From the NCBI GenBank assembly GCA_937868075.1, contig CALMLL010000074.1, forward strand, positions 8,091-72,090: a DNA stretch of 64,000 nt, given 5' to 3'. Shown piece after piece: positions 37,601-48,531 of the stretch (position 1 is the first letter of the stretch; each line of letters opens with the position of its first letter). The notes beneath the pieces were generated by a model, which did no database searches, was not told the origin of the DNA, and saw nothing but the letters and a program-made list of their open reading frames with translations. The translations under genes and the position numbers were made by a program. The DNA comes from an uncultured Marmoricola sp. Its GTDB lineage: Bacteria > Actinomycetota > Actinomycetes > Propionibacteriales > Nocardioidaceae.

Positions 37601-38366
37601 TCCAGAAGTGCGCGAAGTCCATCGACTCCGCGGCCTTGATGCTGGGCACCAGCAGTTGCCGGGTGCCGTCGGGTTTGGGCAGGTCGATGGCCAGCCCGAG
37701 ATTGATGTGGGCGGGGGTAATCAGCGTGGGCTTGCCGTCGATCACATCGAAGCCGACGTTGAGTTCGGGCATCGACCCCAGCGCCTTGACCAGGGCATAG
37801 CCGATCAGGTGGGTGAAGCTGACTTTGCCGCCTCGGGCGCGAGCGAGGTGGTTGTTGATGACGATCCGGTTGTCCCACAGGAGTTTGACCGGGACGCTGC
37901 GAACACTGGTGGCGGTCGGCACGCTCAGCGAGGCGTCCATGTTGGTCACGGTGCGAGCCGGTGCGCCGCGCAGCACCGTCATGGTGGGCTCGTCGGTGGC
38001 CTCGGCCTTGGGCTTGGGGGTGGGGTCCTTGGGCACGGCGGCCGGGGTCGGCTGGGTCTTGGCTGCCTCGGAACGGTCGGTTTCAGAGGGCTTGACGACC
38101 TTGGGCTGGGTCGGGGTTGCGGGCGCTGCCTGCGCGGGGGCCGCGGCCGGAGCAGGGGTCACTGGAGCGGAAGGCTCCCGGACGGGTGCGGATGTCGGCG
38201 CAGTCGACGGGGCCGTTGCTGTGGAGTTCCCCAACGCGGCGAAGACCTTCTGCCAGGAGGGGTCGACGCTGTTCGGGTCCTGCTGCCACTGCTCGTACAT
38301 GGATTCCACGAGCCACTCATTGGCCCCGAACTCCGAGAGCAGGTGGACATCTTTCGAATCAGCCAC
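34629..38366 (-). CDS. kgd: Multifunctional 2-oxoglutarate decarboxylase/dehydrogenase (E2-like + E1 fusion)
   Basis: FGANEWLV N-terminus, E2-like DHRVIQGA, GMAHRGRLNVL, ThDP motif HGDAAFAGQG...NN, WEAQFGDF. Confidence 0.97.
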   Translation of the reverse strand: MADSKDVHLLSEFGANEWLVESMYEQWQQDPNSVDPSWQKVFAALGNSTATAPSTAPTSAPVREPSAPVTPAPAAAPAQAAPATPTQPKVVKPSETDRSEAAKTQPTPAAVPKDPTPKPKAEATDEPTMTVLRGAPARTVTNMDASLSVPTATSVRSVPVKLLWDNRIVINNHLARARGGKVSFTHLIGYALVKALGSMPELNVGFDVIDGKPTLITPAHINLGLAIDLPKPDGTRQLLVPSIKAAESMDFAHFWTAYEELVRKARNGKLEVTDFQGTTISLTNPGTIGTNHSVPRLMKGQGAIIGVGSMDFPPEFQGASEETLTRNAVSRIMTLTSTYDHRVIQGAQSGEFLRRIHQLLLGDEGFYDEIFRSLRIPYEPIRWAQDIATSHDDEIGKQARMVELIHAYRVRGHMMADTDPLEYRQRSHPDLAVESHGLTMWDLDREFATGSFGGEQRRFMKMRTILGILRDSYCRTVGIEYMHIQDPDQRRWLQERVEQPHKKPPREEQLRILQKLNQAEAFETFLQTKFVGQKRFSLEGGETTIPLIDEICEAAAEAHLDEVCIGMAHRGRLNVLANIVGKSYSQIFREFEGNIDPRTVQGSGDVKYHLGAEGVFTSGSGDHVKVSVAANPSHLEAVNPVLEGIARAKQDMLNKGEDFPVLPLLVHGDAAFAGQGVVAETLNLSQLRGYRTGGTIHLVVNNQVGFTTSPASSRSSLYCTDVARMVQAPIFHVNGDDPEACIRVARLAFEYRQAFAKDVVIDLVCYRRRGHNEGDDPSYTQPLMYDLIEQKRSVRKLYTESLIGRGDITIEEAEHALRDYQQQLERVFTEVRDATDAGPKEWTTVPDYPEKAVENFTTAISMETMKRIADAHVSAPEGFTVHPKVKPQLERRAAAIGAGPIDWGTGEILAFGSLLMDGRPVRLAGQDSRRGTFVQRFATIIDRDNAHEWTPLANLSEDQAQFYVYDSLLSEYAALGFEYGYSVARPNSLTLWEAQFGDFANGAQTIIDEFITSSATKWGQQSGVVLLLPHGYEGQGPDHSSGRIERFMTLAADDAFVVAQPSTPASHFHLLRRHALGEEHNPLIIFTPKSMLKRKEAASMPEDFTTGTFTSLIKDSVADPEKVDTLLLCSGRITWDLMVERERLQGDSPTTAITRVEQLYPRPEQELLAEVARYPNLKAIRWVQDEPANMGPAPHFQLYLFPLLDLPVELVSRPASSSPSVGQLKRHVQEQKALMEGAFAPAREV

Positions 38367-38536
38367 GACTGATTTCGCCTCTTCTGTGGTGGTTGGCGCG
38401 CACGATCGAAGTCAAGGCTAAACCCCCGGGCCTCACGCTGCACCGTCGTGCGTTGAGAGGCCGCGCTCCGACCCGTTCGCCCAAGCTCTGACGGCCCGTG
38501 TAACCTCGTCCATCGACCCCGAGCCCTGTGCTCCGG

Positions 38537-38609
38537 GCCTCCGTAGCTCAGGGGATAGAGCACTGGTTTCCGGTACCAGGTGTCGCAGGTTCGAATCCTG
38601 CCGGAGGCG
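38537..38609 (+). tRNA. tRNA-Arg(CCG), CCA not encoded
   Basis: Acceptor GCCTCCG/CGGAGGC, D arm GCTCAGGGGATAGAGC, anticodon arm CTGGT-TTCCGGT-ACCAG, T arm GCAGG-TTCGAAT-CCTGC. Confidence 0.97.
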
Positions 38610-38685
38610 CTTTATCGACAATATCCGGTGACCGGTCACCGAAACCGGTTCGAGGCCGACCTGTCGGCGCCGATACCCTCTGCGG

Positions 38686-40356
38686 GTGACCCCTGATGCC
38701 TTGTCGGCGCTGATCGCCGACACCCTCGCCGCGCTCGTCGCCGATGGCACCGTCGACTTGCCCGACGGCGCCCCGACCGAGGTCACGGTGGAGCGCCCCC
38801 GCGTCCGGGAACATGGCGACTACTCCACCAACATCGCCCTCCAACTGGCCAAACGCGCCGGCATGAACCCTCGTGACCTCGCCACTGCGCTGGCCGACCG
38901 ACTCGCCGCCTCCCCGGGCATCAGCAAGGTGGACGTGGCCGGTCCCGGTTTCCTCAACATCACCGTGACCGCGGATGCCCAGGGTCAGGTCGCCGCGCAG
39001 ATCGTGGCTGAGGGACCCGCCTACGGCCGCAACGATCTGCTCGAGGGCGTCAAGATCAACGTCGAGTTCGTCAGCGCCAACCCGACCGGGCCGCTGCACC
39101 TGGGCGGCACCCGCTGGGCAGCCGTGGGTGACTCCCTGGCCCGGGTGTTCGAGTTCAGCGGAGCCAGCGTCACCCGGGAGTACTACTTCAACGACCACGG
39201 CGCCCAGATCGACCGGTTCGCCACCAGCCTGCTGGCCAGCGCCCGCGGCGAGGATGCCCCCGAGGACGGGTACGGCGGCCAGTACATCCACGAGATCGCC
39301 GCTGCCGTCGTCGCCGCCCGCCCCGACGTACTCACCCTGCCTGAGGGCGAGCAACTCGACGTGTTCCGCGACATGGGCGTGACCATGATGTTCGGTGAGA
39401 TCAAAGCCGACCTCCACGATTTCGGCGTCGATTTCGACGTCTACTTCCACGAGAACTCACTGCACGAATCCGGAGCAGTGGAGCGGGCGATCCAGCGGTT
39501 GACCGCCATGGGCAACACCTACGAGTCCGAGGGTGCGCTCTGGCTGGCCACCGAGAAGTACGGCGACGACAAGGACCGGGTGATCGTTCGGTCCGACGGG
39601 ACGGCGGCCTACATCTCCGGAGACCTCGCCTACTACCTCGACAAGCGTGAGCGCGGCTTCGACCGTTGTTTCATCCTGCTGGGCGCCGACCACCACGGCT
39701 ACATCGGCCGGATGATGGCGATGTGCGAGGCATTCGGCGACACGCCCCACGAGAATCTCGAGATCCTGATCGGCCAGATGGTCAACCTGTTGCGAGATGG
39801 CAACCCGATCCGGATGTCGAAGCGGGCCGGCACCGTGGTCTCGATGCAGGACCTCGTCGAAGCGATCGGCGTCGATGCGGCTCGGTACGCCCTGACCAGA
39901 TACACCAACGACACCAACATCGACATCGATCTGGATCAGTGGGCCAAAGCCACCAACGACAACCCGGTCTTCTATGTGCAGTACGCCCACGCTCGGACCT
40001 GCCGGATGATGTCCAACGCCGCCGATCTGGGCATGCATCTGCCGACGGTGGACTTCGACCCCAGCCTGCTCGACCACGAGCGCGACGGTGAACTGCTCCG
40101 GTCACTGGCGCAGTTCCCCAAAGTGGTCTCGGCCGCCGCCGAACTCCGCGAGCCGCACCGGATCGCGCGGTATCTCGAAGCGACCGCGTCGGTGTTCAAC
40201 AAGTGGTACGACACCCGCGAGTGCCGAATGCTGCCCCAGGGCGACGAACCGGTGCGCCCGATCAACCTGGCCCGATTGGTCTTGGTCGCGGCCACCCGCA
40301 TCGTGCTCGCCAACGGACTCCACCTGCTCGGGGTCAGCGCACCGGAGCGGATGTAA
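38686..40356 (+). CDS. argS: Arginine--tRNA ligase
   Basis: [15 protein letters not shown] (HIGH-like), RMSKR (KMSKS-like), [12 protein letters not shown]. Confidence 0.97.
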   Translation: MTPDALSALIADTLAALVADGTVDLPDGAPTEVTVERPRVREHGDYSTNIALQLAKRAGMNPRDLATALADRLAASPGISKVDVAGPGFLNITVTADAQGQVAAQIVAEGPAYGRNDLLEGVKINVEFVSANPTGPLHLGGTRWAAVGDSLARVFEFSGASVTREYYFNDHGAQIDRFATSLLASARGEDAPEDGYGGQYIHEIAAAVVAARPDVLTLPEGEQLDVFRDMGVTMMFGEIKADLHDFGVDFDVYFHENSLHESGAVERAIQRLTAMGNTYESEGALWLATEKYGDDKDRVIVRSDGTAAYISGDLAYYLDKRERGFDRCFILLGADHHGYIGRMMAMCEAFGDTPHENLEILIGQMVNLLRDGNPIRMSKRAGTVVSMQDLVEAIGVDAARYALTRYTNDTNIDIDLDQWAKATNDNPVFYVQYAHARTCRMMSNAADLGMHLPTVDFDPSLLDHERDGELLRSLAQFPKVVSAAAELREPHRIARYLEATASVFNKWYDTRECRMLPQGDEPVRPINLARLVLVAATRIVLANGLHLLGVSAPERM

Positions 40357-41768
40357 TGCCCACCTCTCACCCCTCCGGCTGGGCCCACGCCGACGGCGCC
40401 CTCAAGGGTCCGGCCTGGCTGCGCCCCGCCGAGGACCCCAACGCTCTGGTCGCCTCGCTGTGGTCCCAGACCGCTCTTAAGGACGAGTCCGGCGTCCTGC
40501 ACGTGGGGGGAGTCGCGATCGCCGATCTCGTCGCCGACGTGAACACGCCGGCGTACGTCCTCGACGAGGCCGACTTCCGGGCCCGGGCCCGGGCCTTCAA
40601 AGAGGCTTTCGCCGGCGCGGATGTCTATTACGCCGGCAAAGCCTTCCTGTGCACCACCGTCGCCACCTGGGTCGAGGAGGAGGGACTGAGCCTCGATGTG
40701 TGCTCGGGCGGTGAGCTGAGCATCGCCGAGCGGGCCGGCTTCCCGATGAGCCGGATCGGGTTCCATGGCAACAACAAGTCGTTCACCGAGTTGCGCCGGG
40801 CCATCGCCCTCGGTGTCGGGCGGATCATCGTGGACTCCTTCCACGAGATCGAGCGGATCGCCTCGATCACCGCAGAAGGCCACCGTGCTCGGGTGATGGT
40901 CCGGGTCACCCCCGGAGTCGAGGCTCATACGCACGAGTACATCGCCACCGCCCACGAGGACCAGAAGTTCGGTTTCTCGATCACCTCCGGCGACGCGATG
41001 CGCGCGATCAGGCGCTGTCATGAGGCCCCCGGCATCGACCTTCTCGGTCTCCACTCACACATCGGCTCCCAGATCTTCGACACCTCGGGATTCGAGGTGG
41101 CCACCCGCCGGGTGTTGGCCTTGCACGCTGAGGCCGAGCGGGAGGTGGGGGCCAGGTTGCCCGAACTCGACCTCGGTGGCGGGTTCGGCATCGCCTACAC
41201 GGTGCAGGACGACCCGGCCTCACCCGTCGACCTGGCCGAGCAGTTGCGCACGATCGTCGGGCACGAGTGCCGTGCCCTGGGCATCGAGGAGCCCCGGCTC
41301 TCGGTCGAGCCGGGTCGCGCGATCGTCGGCCCTTCGATGTGCACGGTCTATACCGTCGGCACGGTCAAGGAGGTCGAACTCGACGGCGGTGCCGCCCGCA
41401 CCTATGTGTCGGTCGATGGCGGGATGAGTGACAACATCCGCACCGCCCTCTATGCCGCCGACTACTCCTGCACGGTGGCCAATCGAGTCGCCTCGGAGAC
41501 CAGCGTGCTGGCCAGGGTGGTCGGCATGCATTGTGAGGCCGGGGACATCGTGGTCCGCGACGATCTGCTTCCGGCCGATGTGGCCCCCGGTGACCTCATC
41601 GCGGTCCCAGGCACCGGCGCCTACTGCCGCTCCATGGCCAGCAACTACAACCAGGTTCCGCGCCCACCTGTTGTGGCGGTCCGAGACGGGGTCACTCGAG
41701 TCGTCGTACGCCGGGAGACCGAGGCGGATCTCTTCGCCACCGACATCGGGTTCGCGGACCCGGCCTGA
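40356..41768 (+). CDS. lysA: Diaminopimelate decarboxylase
   Basis: YYAGKAF (PLP Lys), HGNNKS, HSHIGSQ, EPGRAIVG, TGAYCRSMASNYN; TAATG overlap with argS. Confidence 0.96.
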   Translation: MPTSHPSGWAHADGALKGPAWLRPAEDPNALVASLWSQTALKDESGVLHVGGVAIADLVADVNTPAYVLDEADFRARARAFKEAFAGADVYYAGKAFLCTTVATWVEEEGLSLDVCSGGELSIAERAGFPMSRIGFHGNNKSFTELRRAIALGVGRIIVDSFHEIERIASITAEGHRARVMVRVTPGVEAHTHEYIATAHEDQKFGFSITSGDAMRAIRRCHEAPGIDLLGLHSHIGSQIFDTSGFEVATRRVLALHAEAEREVGARLPELDLGGGFGIAYTVQDDPASPVDLAEQLRTIVGHECRALGIEEPRLSVEPGRAIVGPSMCTVYTVGTVKEVELDGGAARTYVSVDGGMSDNIRTALYAADYSCTVANRVASETSVLARVVGMHCEAGDIVVRDDLLPADVAPGDLIAVPGTGAYCRSMASNYNQVPRPPVVAVRDGVTRVVVRRETEADLFATDIGFADPA

Positions 41769-41786
41769 TCTGGGAGGATTGCCCTA

Positions 41787-43097
41787 ATGAACTCCCAGAC
41801 CCCTCTTCGCGTCGCGCTGCTCGGTTGCGGCGTCGTCGGCTCCCAGGTCGCCCGGTTGCTGCGTGACCAGGCCGCCGACCTGCATGCCCGGGTGGGCGCG
41901 CCGATCGAGTTGGCCGGCATCGCCGTACGCCGACCGGAGCTGGCCCGCGAGGGACTCAGTGAGGAGCACCGGGGCCTACTGACCACCGACGCGATGGGTC
42001 TGGTGACCCGCGAGGACATCGATCTGGTCGTCGAGGTGATCGGTGGAATCGAGCCGGCTCGGAGCCTGATCCTGGCGGCGCTGGCTCACGGCGCGAGCGT
42101 CGTCACCGCCAACAAGGCGCTGTTGGCCGAGGACGGTCCGACCCTCTATTCGGCCGCGGAGGCGGCTGGCACCGATCTCTACTACGAGGCCGCTGTGGCC
42201 GGTGCGATCCCGATTCTTCGCCCGCTGCGCGAGTCGCTGGCCGGTGACCAGGTCACTCGGGTGCTCGGCATCGTCAACGGCACCACCAACTACATCCTCG
42301 ACCAGATGCACACCTTCGGTAAGGGCTACGACGAGGCGTTGGAGGAGGCTCAGCGACTGGGCTATGCCGAAGCCGACCCCACCGCCGACGTCGAGGGCTT
42401 CGACGCCGCGGCGAAGGCCGCGATCCTGGCCTCCCTGGCTTTCCACACCCGGGTCACCCACACCGATGTGCACCGTGAAGGCATCGCCGAGGTGAGCGCT
42501 GCCGACGTCAACAGCGCCAAGGAGATGAACAGCGTCGTCAAACTGCTGGCGATCTGTGCTCTCGTGGAGACCCCGGAGGGTCCGGCCGTGAGCGCCCGGG
42601 TGCACCCGGCGATGATCCCGGCCACGCACCCGCTGGCCAGCGTGCGCGGCGCCTACAACGCGGTGTTCGTGGAGAGCAAGGCCGCCGGCCAACTGATGTT
42701 CTACGGTCCGGGTGCCGGTGGCGCACCGACGGCCAGCGCGGTCCTGGGCGACCTGGTTACCGTGGCCCGCAACCGGCTCAACAACGTCCGGGGCACCCGA
42801 GAGTCGGCCTACGCCGACCTCCCGGTGGTGCCGATGGGGGCGACCCAGACGCGCTACCTCATGCAGATCGACGTCGACGACAAGGCCGGAGTGCTGGCCG
42901 AGGTCGCCCTGACCTTCGCCAAGCACAACGTGAGCATCCAGACGGTTCGCCAAGAAGGTCGCGGAGACGACGCCGTTCTCGTGGTGGTCAGCCACAGCGC
43001 CAGCGACGCCGACCTGGCCGCCACGGTGGCAGACCTGCAGGCACTCCCGTTCGTCCGCGAGGTGTCATCGGTCCTGCGAGTCGAGGGGGACCAGTGA
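41787..43097 (+). CDS. hom: Homoserine dehydrogenase with C-terminal ACT domain
   Basis: [44 protein letters not shown] domain. Confidence 0.97.
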   Translation: MNSQTPLRVALLGCGVVGSQVARLLRDQAADLHARVGAPIELAGIAVRRPELAREGLSEEHRGLLTTDAMGLVTREDIDLVVEVIGGIEPARSLILAALAHGASVVTANKALLAEDGPTLYSAAEAAGTDLYYEAAVAGAIPILRPLRESLAGDQVTRVLGIVNGTTNYILDQMHTFGKGYDEALEEAQRLGYAEADPTADVEGFDAAAKAAILASLAFHTRVTHTDVHREGIAEVSAADVNSAKEMNSVVKLLAICALVETPEGPAVSARVHPAMIPATHPLASVRGAYNAVFVESKAAGQLMFYGPGAGGAPTASAVLGDLVTVARNRLNNVRGTRESAYADLPVVPMGATQTRYLMQIDVDDKAGVLAEVALTFAKHNVSIQTVRQEGRGDDAVLVVVSHSASDADLAATVADLQALPFVREVSSVLRVEGDQ

Positions 43098-44161
43098 TGG
43101 CCCACCAGTGGCGTGGGGTGATCGAGGAGTACCGCGACCGGCTCGACATCCCGGACAACACCCCCACCATCACGCTCCGTGAGGGTGGCACCCCCATGGT
43201 CGACAGCGACTGGCTCTCCGACCTCACCGGCGGGGAGGTGTGGCTCAAGGTCGAGGGGGACAACCCCACCGGCTCCTTCAAGGACCGCGGCATGACCGTC
43301 GCGCTGTCGGTGGCCGTTGGGCAAGGTGCTGAGGCCGTCGTGTGCGCCTCCACGGGGAACACCAGCGCTTCGATGTCGGCGTACGCCGCCCGGGCGCGGA
43401 TCAAGCCGTTGGTGCTTGTCCCGCAGGGCAAGATCGCGGCCGGAAAACTCGCCCAGGCGATCGTGCATGGTGCCCAGGTGATCATGGTGCGCGGCAACTT
43501 CGATGACTGCCTGCGCCTGTCGCGCGGGCTGGCCGACGACTACCCGGTCGCCCTGGTCAACTCGGTCAACCCGATGCGGTTGCAGGGTCAGAAGACCGGG
43601 TCTTTCGAGATCGTCGACTTCCTCGGCGACGCCCCCGACGTGCATGTGCTGCCCACCGGCAACGCGGGCAACATCTCGGCCTACTGGCTCGGCTACACCG
43701 AGGACTACGCGATGGGCCGTACGACCAAGCTTCCGGTGATGCGCGGGTGGCAGGCCGAAGGTGCCGCGCCGCTGGTCAAGGGTGCCCCGATCCCGGACCC
43801 GGAGACGGTCGCCTCGGCGATCCGGATCGGCAATCCGGCCTCCTGGGACCTCGCGATGAGTGCCGCGGACCGGTCCGGAGGCAAGTTCCGTTCGGTCACC
43901 GATGCCGAGATCCTGGGTGCCCAACGCCTGCTGGCTGCTCACGAGGGGGTCTTCGTCGAGCCGGCGTCTGCTGCCGGTGTGGCGGGCTTGCTTCTGGAGG
44001 CACAGGAAGGCGTTCGCTACGCCGGGCAGAAGATCGTGGTCACCGTCACCGGGCACGGACTCAAAGACATCGACACTGCGATGTCGACCTTCACCGACAT
44101 CGTCGACAACGTGGTCGATGCCGACGTGCGGGCCGCGGCCGAGGCCGCCGGACTGGCATGA
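43097..44161 (+). CDS. thrC: Threonine synthase
   Basis: [42 protein letters not shown]. Confidence 0.97.
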   Translation: MAHQWRGVIEEYRDRLDIPDNTPTITLREGGTPMVDSDWLSDLTGGEVWLKVEGDNPTGSFKDRGMTVALSVAVGQGAEAVVCASTGNTSASMSAYAARARIKPLVLVPQGKIAAGKLAQAIVHGAQVIMVRGNFDDCLRLSRGLADDYPVALVNSVNPMRLQGQKTGSFEIVDFLGDAPDVHVLPTGNAGNISAYWLGYTEDYAMGRTTKLPVMRGWQAEGAAPLVKGAPIPDPETVASAIRIGNPASWDLAMSAADRSGGKFRSVTDAEILGAQRLLAAHEGVFVEPASAAGVAGLLLEAQEGVRYAGQKIVVTVTGHGLKDIDTAMSTFTDIVDNVVDADVRAAAEAAGLA

Positions 44162-45054
44162 GTGCGGCTGCTGCTGGGTGCGTGAGCGTCCAGGTGCCGG
44201 CCACCAGCGCCAACCTGGGGCCGGGTTTCGACTGCTTCGGGCTGGCTCACGACATCCGCGACACTCTCACCGCGCACGTGCACCCGGGAGACCTGGTCAT
44301 CGAGGTGAGTGGTGAAGGTGCCGATGAGGTGCCTCGCGATGAACGGCACCTGGTCTGGCGGGCGATGGTCGCCACCTTCGCCGAACTCGGGGTCACCCCA
44401 CCCGGAGTCCGCCTGACCTGTATCAACCGGATCCCGCATGCGCGGGGGATGGGGTCGTCCTCGGCGGCCATTGTGGGTGGCATTGCGCTGGCTCGGGCGC
44501 TGAGCGAGCCGACGATGTCCGAGGCCCAGGCACTCGATCTGGCCAACCGGCTCGAAGGGCACCCCGACAACGTCGCCCCCGCCCAGTTAGGCGGTTTCAC
44601 CGTCGCGGCATTGGACGATGGGCAGGTCGTGGTTGCCCGGCTCGACCTCAACCCCGAGATCGCAGCGGTGCTCTTCGTGCCGCCCACGCCGCTGTCCACC
44701 GAGGTTGCCCGTGGGCTGCTGCCGAGCCAGGTCTCCCATGCCGACGCGACCGCCAACACCGGGCGGGCAGCCCTGCTCGTGGCCGCGCTCACGCAGCGCC
44801 CTGATCTGCTGTTCCCGGCCACGGCGGACTGGTTGCACCAACAACAGCGACGCCCGGCCATGCCCGAGTCGCTGGCCCTCATCGACGAACTCCGTGCCGA
44901 ACTGATCGCGGCTACGGTCTCTGGTGCTGGCCCGACGGTGCTGGCCCTGGCACCCCTCGGGGAAGTTGCTGCGATCGCTGCTCGGGTGCCGACCGGCTGG
45001 TCGGCGTACACGCCGCAGAGTGGGTGTCCTGGGGTGCAGGTCACAGTTTGCTGA
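44158..45054 (+). CDS. thrB: Homoserine kinase
   Basis: [40 protein letters not shown]. Confidence 0.96.
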   Translation: MSAAAAGCVSVQVPATSANLGPGFDCFGLAHDIRDTLTAHVHPGDLVIEVSGEGADEVPRDERHLVWRAMVATFAELGVTPPGVRLTCINRIPHARGMGSSSAAIVGGIALARALSEPTMSEAQALDLANRLEGHPDNVAPAQLGGFTVAALDDGQVVVARLDLNPEIAAVLFVPPTPLSTEVARGLLPSQVSHADATANTGRAALLVAALTQRPDLLFPATADWLHQQQRRPAMPESLALIDELRAELIAATVSGAGPTVLALAPLGEVAAIAARVPTGWSAYTPQSGCPGVQVTVC

Positions 45055-45212
45055 GTTGGTTTGCTACTCTGGCGTTGCGCCACGGCGATGATCTCGCCTG
45101 AGCCTTGAGCTTCACGGCGCTTCTCTCTCCTCGATCCGACTTCGGCGACCTACGTCGCGCGCAAGGCCTCCTGGCTCGGAGCCGGACCGACACTCATACG
45201 GGGAAGGACCCC

Positions 45213-47003
45213 ATGACCGAAACAATCGAGAGCACCTCCAAGCCGAAGTCCGGCGGAGGGCTCAGCGCCAAGCTGCTGCCGGAGTTGAAGACCATTGCCT
45301 CCGGCCTGGGCATCAAGACCGGCGGCATGAAGAAGGCCGACCTCGTCGCCGCGATCAAGTCCGCCCAAGGCGGTGGCGCGGCCAGGTCCGAGGCCAAGTC
45401 GGGCGGCTCCAGCTCTGCACCCAAGTCGGGCCAGCAGGAGCGCGGCGAGCGTCCGGCCCGCAGCGAGCGGCCAGCCACCGAGGGCACCTCCTCGGGCGAG
45501 GCCGGCGACGAGCGCCGCGAACAGCGCACCCGCCCCGAGCGCAACCGCAACCGCCAGGGCAACCAGAACCAGGGCCAGCAGAACCAGGGTGGCCAGGACT
45601 CCGGCAACGCTGAGGGCAACCGCAACCGCCAGCAAGGCCAGCAGAACCAGGGTGGCCAGGACTCCGGCAACGCTGAGGGCAACCGCAACCGGCAGAACCA
45701 GGGCAACCAGAACCAGCAGAACAACCGTCGTGACTACGACGATGACGGCGGCAACCGTCGCAACCGGCGTCGGCGTGGGCGCGACCGCGACCGCGGCCGC
45801 ACCGGCGGAGGCGGCGCGATGGGTGGCATCGGTCGCAACGAACCCGACACCACGATCCTCGAAGACGACGTGTTGACCCCCTGCGCCGGCATCTTGGACG
45901 TGCTCGACAGCTACGCCTTCGTGCGCACCTCGGGCTACCTGCCCGGCACCGACGACGTCTATGTGTCGCTCTCGATGGTTCGCAAGTACGGCCTGCGCCG
46001 CGGTGACGCGGTCACCGGTCAGGTCCGTCAGCCGCGGGAAGGGGAGCGCAAGGAGCGCTTCAACCCGCTGGTCAAGCTCGACACCGTCAACGGCGCCGAC
46101 CCTGAAGCCTCACGTGATCGCGTCGAGTTCCAGAAGTTGACCCCGCTCTACCCGAGCGAGCGGCTGCGCCTGGAGACCGTGACCGGCAACCTGATCGGCC
46201 GAGTCATCGACATCGCGGCACCGATCGGCAAAGGCCAGCGTGGTCTGATCGTTTCGCCCGCCAAGGCCGGCAAGACGATGATCATGCAGTCCATCGCCAA
46301 CTCGATCACCACCAACAACCCCGAGTGCCACCTGATGGTGGTGCTGGTCGATGAGCGTCCCGAAGAAGTCACCGACTTCGAGCGCTCGGTCAAGGGAGAG
46401 GTCATCTCCTCCACCTTCGACCGGCCGGCCTCCGACCACACCATCGTGGCCGAGTTGGCCATCGAGCGGGCCAAGCGGCTGGTCGAGTTGGGCCACGACG
46501 TCGTCGTACTCCTCGACGGGATCACCCGCCTGGGTCGCGCCTACAACCTGGCCGCTCCGGCCAGCGGCCGGATACTGTCTGGTGGTGTCGACTCGGCAGC
46601 CCTCTACCCCCCGAAGCGGTTCTTCGGCGCGGCCCGCAACATCGAGAACGGCGGCTCGCTGACCATCTTGGCCACGGCTCTCATCGAGTCGGGCTCCAAG
46701 ATGGACGAGGTCATCTTCGAGGAGTTCAAGGGCACCGGAAACATGGAGATCCGGTTGCGTCGCGACTTCGCCGACAAGCGTCTCTACCCGGCCATCGACG
46801 TCGTCGCCTCCGGCACCCGACGTGAAGAACTGCTCATGGGCAAGGACGAACTGTCCATCATGTGGAAGTTGCGCCGCGTCCTGTCGGCGCTCGACGGCCA
46901 ACAGGCCCTGGAGTTGTTGCTGGAGCGCTTGAAGAAGACCCAGAACAACCTGGAGTTCTTGATGCAGGTGCAAAAGACCACACCGACGGCCAACGGGGAC
47001 TGA
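45213..47003 (+). CDS. rho: Transcription termination factor Rho with N-terminal insertion domain
   Basis: [44 protein letters not shown] 45213 follows SD GGAAGG. Confidence 0.97.
   Translation: MTETIESTSKPKSGGGLSAKLLPELKTIASGLGIKTGGMKKADLVAAIKSAQGGGAARSEAKSGGSSSAPKSGQQERGERPARSERPATEGTSSGEAGDERREQRTRPERNRNRQGNQNQGQQNQGGQDSGNAEGNRNRQQGQQNQGGQDSGNAEGNRNRQNQGNQNQQNNRRDYDDDGGNRRNRRRRGRDRDRGRTGGGGAMGGIGRNEPDTTILEDDVLTPCAGILDVLDSYAFVRTSGYLPGTDDVYVSLSMVRKYGLRRGDAVTGQVRQPREGERKERFNPLVKLDTVNGADPEASRDRVEFQKLTPLYPSERLRLETVTGNLIGRVIDIAAPIGKGQRGLIVSPAKAGKTMIMQSIANSITTNNPECHLMVVLVDERPEEVTDFERSVKGEVISSTFDRPASDHTIVAELAIERAKRLVELGHDVVVLLDGITRLGRAYNLAAPASGRILSGGVDSAALYPPKRFFGAARNIENGGSLTILATALIESGSKMDEVIFEEFKGTGNMEIRLRRDFADKRLYPAIDVVASGTRREELLMGKDELSIMWKLRRVLSALDGQQALELLLERLKKTQNNLEFLMQVQKTTPTANGD
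45573..45695 (+). repeat. 63-nt tandem duplication in the rho insertion domain ([20 protein letters not shown] x2)
   Basis: Copies start at 45573 and 45636 and are identical for the first 56 nt. Confidence 0.92.
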
Positions 47004-47081
47004 CCGCACTCTCGGGTGACCACCCGCGGCTCGTTCCCGGCTCGATTTCCGGTGGATGGCGCGAGGTGGCACACTTGAGCG

Positions 47082-47146
47082 CTGGCTCCGGTTCACGCAT
47101 CGCGCACGCGGGCGACCCGGCGGCTCGACCCCTGAAAGAGGACATC
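47082..47146 (+). ncRNA. Candidate rpmE 5' leader (L31-Actinobacteria-type ribosomal leader)
   Basis: CACACT -10 at 47070-47075, then CCGGTTCAC...GACCCGG hairpin (47088-47120) before the SD. Family match is from memory, not computed. Confidence 0.45.
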
Positions 47147-47356
47147 ATGAAGAAGAACATCCACCCTGACTACGACGTGACCGAGGTGACCTGCACCTGC
47201 GGCAACACGTTCCAGACCCGCAGTACGTCGAAGAACAAGGTCATCCACGCCGACGTCTGCTCCAACTGCCACCCCTTCTACACCGGCAAGCAGAAGATCC
47301 TCGACACCGGTGGCCGTGTGGCCCGCTTCGAGGCCCGCTACGCCAAGAAGAAGTAG
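47147..47356 (+). CDS. rpmE: 50S ribosomal protein L31, zinc-binding form
   Basis: MKKNIHPDY, CxC and Cxx[10 protein letters not shown]. Confidence 0.97.
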   Translation: MKKNIHPDYDVTEVTCTCGNTFQTRSTSKNKVIHADVCSNCHPFYTGKQKILDTGGRVARFEARYAKKK

Positions 47357-47368
47357 CTTCGCTCCTCG

Positions 47369-47407
47369 GCGCCGACTCCATGCCTGGGGTCGGCGCTGAC
47401 GCGTTTT
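47369..47407 (+). terminator. Hairpin terminator after rpmE
   Basis: 12-bp stem GCGCCGACTCCA[TGCC]TGGGGTCGGCGC followed by TGACGCGTTTT. Confidence 0.6.
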
Positions 47408-47457
47408 CGCCGTTGTCGTGCAGAGTCGAGGTGGCACTCGAGTGAGGGAGAGTGGAG

Positions 47458-48531
47458 ATGTTTGAGGCAGTCGAGGCCTATGTCGTCGAGCACGCCGAAC
47501 TCGAACCGCGCTTGGCCGACCCGGCGATCCATTCCGACCCGGCGCTGAGCAAGCGCCTCAACCAGCGGTACGCCGAGTTGAGTTCCATCATCCGCACCTA
47601 TCGCGACTGGCAGGGTCTCGTCGACGACGTCGGTGCTGCCCGGGAACTGGCCGCCGAGGACCCTTCCTTCGCCGAGGAGGCCGAGCGGCTCGATGTGGCC
47701 CGCGAGGAGGCCGCCGAGAAACTGCGCAACCTCCTGGTTCCTCGTGACCCCAACGACGGCAAGGACGCGATCTTGGAGGTCAAGTCCGGCGAAGGCGGCG
47801 AGGAGAGCGCCCTGTTCGCCGCCGACCTGCTGCGGATGTACACCCGCTACGCCGACACCCAGGGTTGGCGCACCGAGATCCTCGACGCCACCGAGTCCGA
47901 CCTGGGCGGCTACAAGACGGTCACCGTCGCGGTCAAGGCCAAGGGCACCCCGGATCCGGGCCAGGCGCCGTTCGCGTTGCTCAAGTTCGAAGGCGGCGTG
48001 CACCGCGTCCAGCGGGTCCCGGTCACCGAGAGCCAGGGTCGTGTGCACACCAGCGCGGCCGGTGTCCTGGTGCTGCCCGAGGCCGAGCAGGTGGATGTGA
48101 GCGTGGACGAGAACGATCTGCGCATCGACGTCTTCCGCTCCTCGGGTCCTGGGGGTCAGAGCGTCAACACCACCGATTCCGCGGTTCGGATCACCCACCT
48201 GCCCACCGGCATCGTGGTGAGTTGCCAGAACGAGAAGTCCCAACTGCAGAACAAGGAGCAGGCTCTGCGCATCTTGCGGGCCCGCCTGCTCGCCGCGGCC
48301 CAGGAGCAGGCCGATGCGGCCGCGAGCGATGCTCGCAAGTCGCAGGTGCGCACCGTGGATCGCAGCGAGCGGATCCGCACCTACAACTTCCCCGAGAACC
48401 GGATCTCCGATCACCGAACCGGCTACAAGGCCTACAACCTCGACACGGTCCTAGGTGGCGAACTCGGTCCGGTGATCGAGAGTTGCGTCCAGGCCGACCT
48501 CGCCGCTCGACTCGAGGCGTTGGAGTCGTGA
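47458..48531 (+). CDS. prfA: Peptide chain release factor 1
   Basis: [12 protein letters not shown] tripeptide, GGQ motif, [12 protein letters not shown]. Confidence 0.97.
   Translation: MFEAVEAYVVEHAELEPRLADPAIHSDPALSKRLNQRYAELSSIIRTYRDWQGLVDDVGAARELAAEDPSFAEEAERLDVAREEAAEKLRNLLVPRDPNDGKDAILEVKSGEGGEESALFAADLLRMYTRYADTQGWRTEILDATESDLGGYKTVTVAVKAKGTPDPGQAPFALLKFEGGVHRVQRVPVTESQGRVHTSAAGVLVLPEAEQVDVSVDENDLRIDVFRSSGPGGQSVNTTDSAVRITHLPTGIVVSCQNEKSQLQNKEQALRILRARLLAAAQEQADAAASDARKSQVRTVDRSERIRTYNFPENRISDHRTGYKAYNLDTVLGGELGPVIESCVQADLAARLEALES

Noticed and set aside
38626-38641. 16-bp palindrome CGGTGACCGGTCACCG after the tRNA
   Set aside because: Single, short and GC-rich; most simply a tRNA terminator or processing hairpin. 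Not enough to call an operator.
38537-38685. tRNA-Arg as a possible integration site
   Set aside because: No integrase, no duplicated tRNA 3' end, and normal tRNA-argS synteny.
38610-38685. T-box or attenuator for argS-lysA
   Set aside because: Only 76 nt are available, argS looks leaderless, and there is no T-box consensus or leader peptide.
45105-45212. Extended rho N-terminus from the track (TTG 45105), or a rho leader peptide
   Set aside because: ATG 45213 has a clear SD and a typical Rho start. The pyrimidine-rich stretch near 45120-45145 could be a rut site but cannot be supported from sequence alone.
47431-47446. TGGCACTC-GAGTGA upstream of prfA resembling CIRCE (HrcA)
   Set aside because: The half-sites are adjacent instead of 9 nt apart, and the right arm is incomplete.
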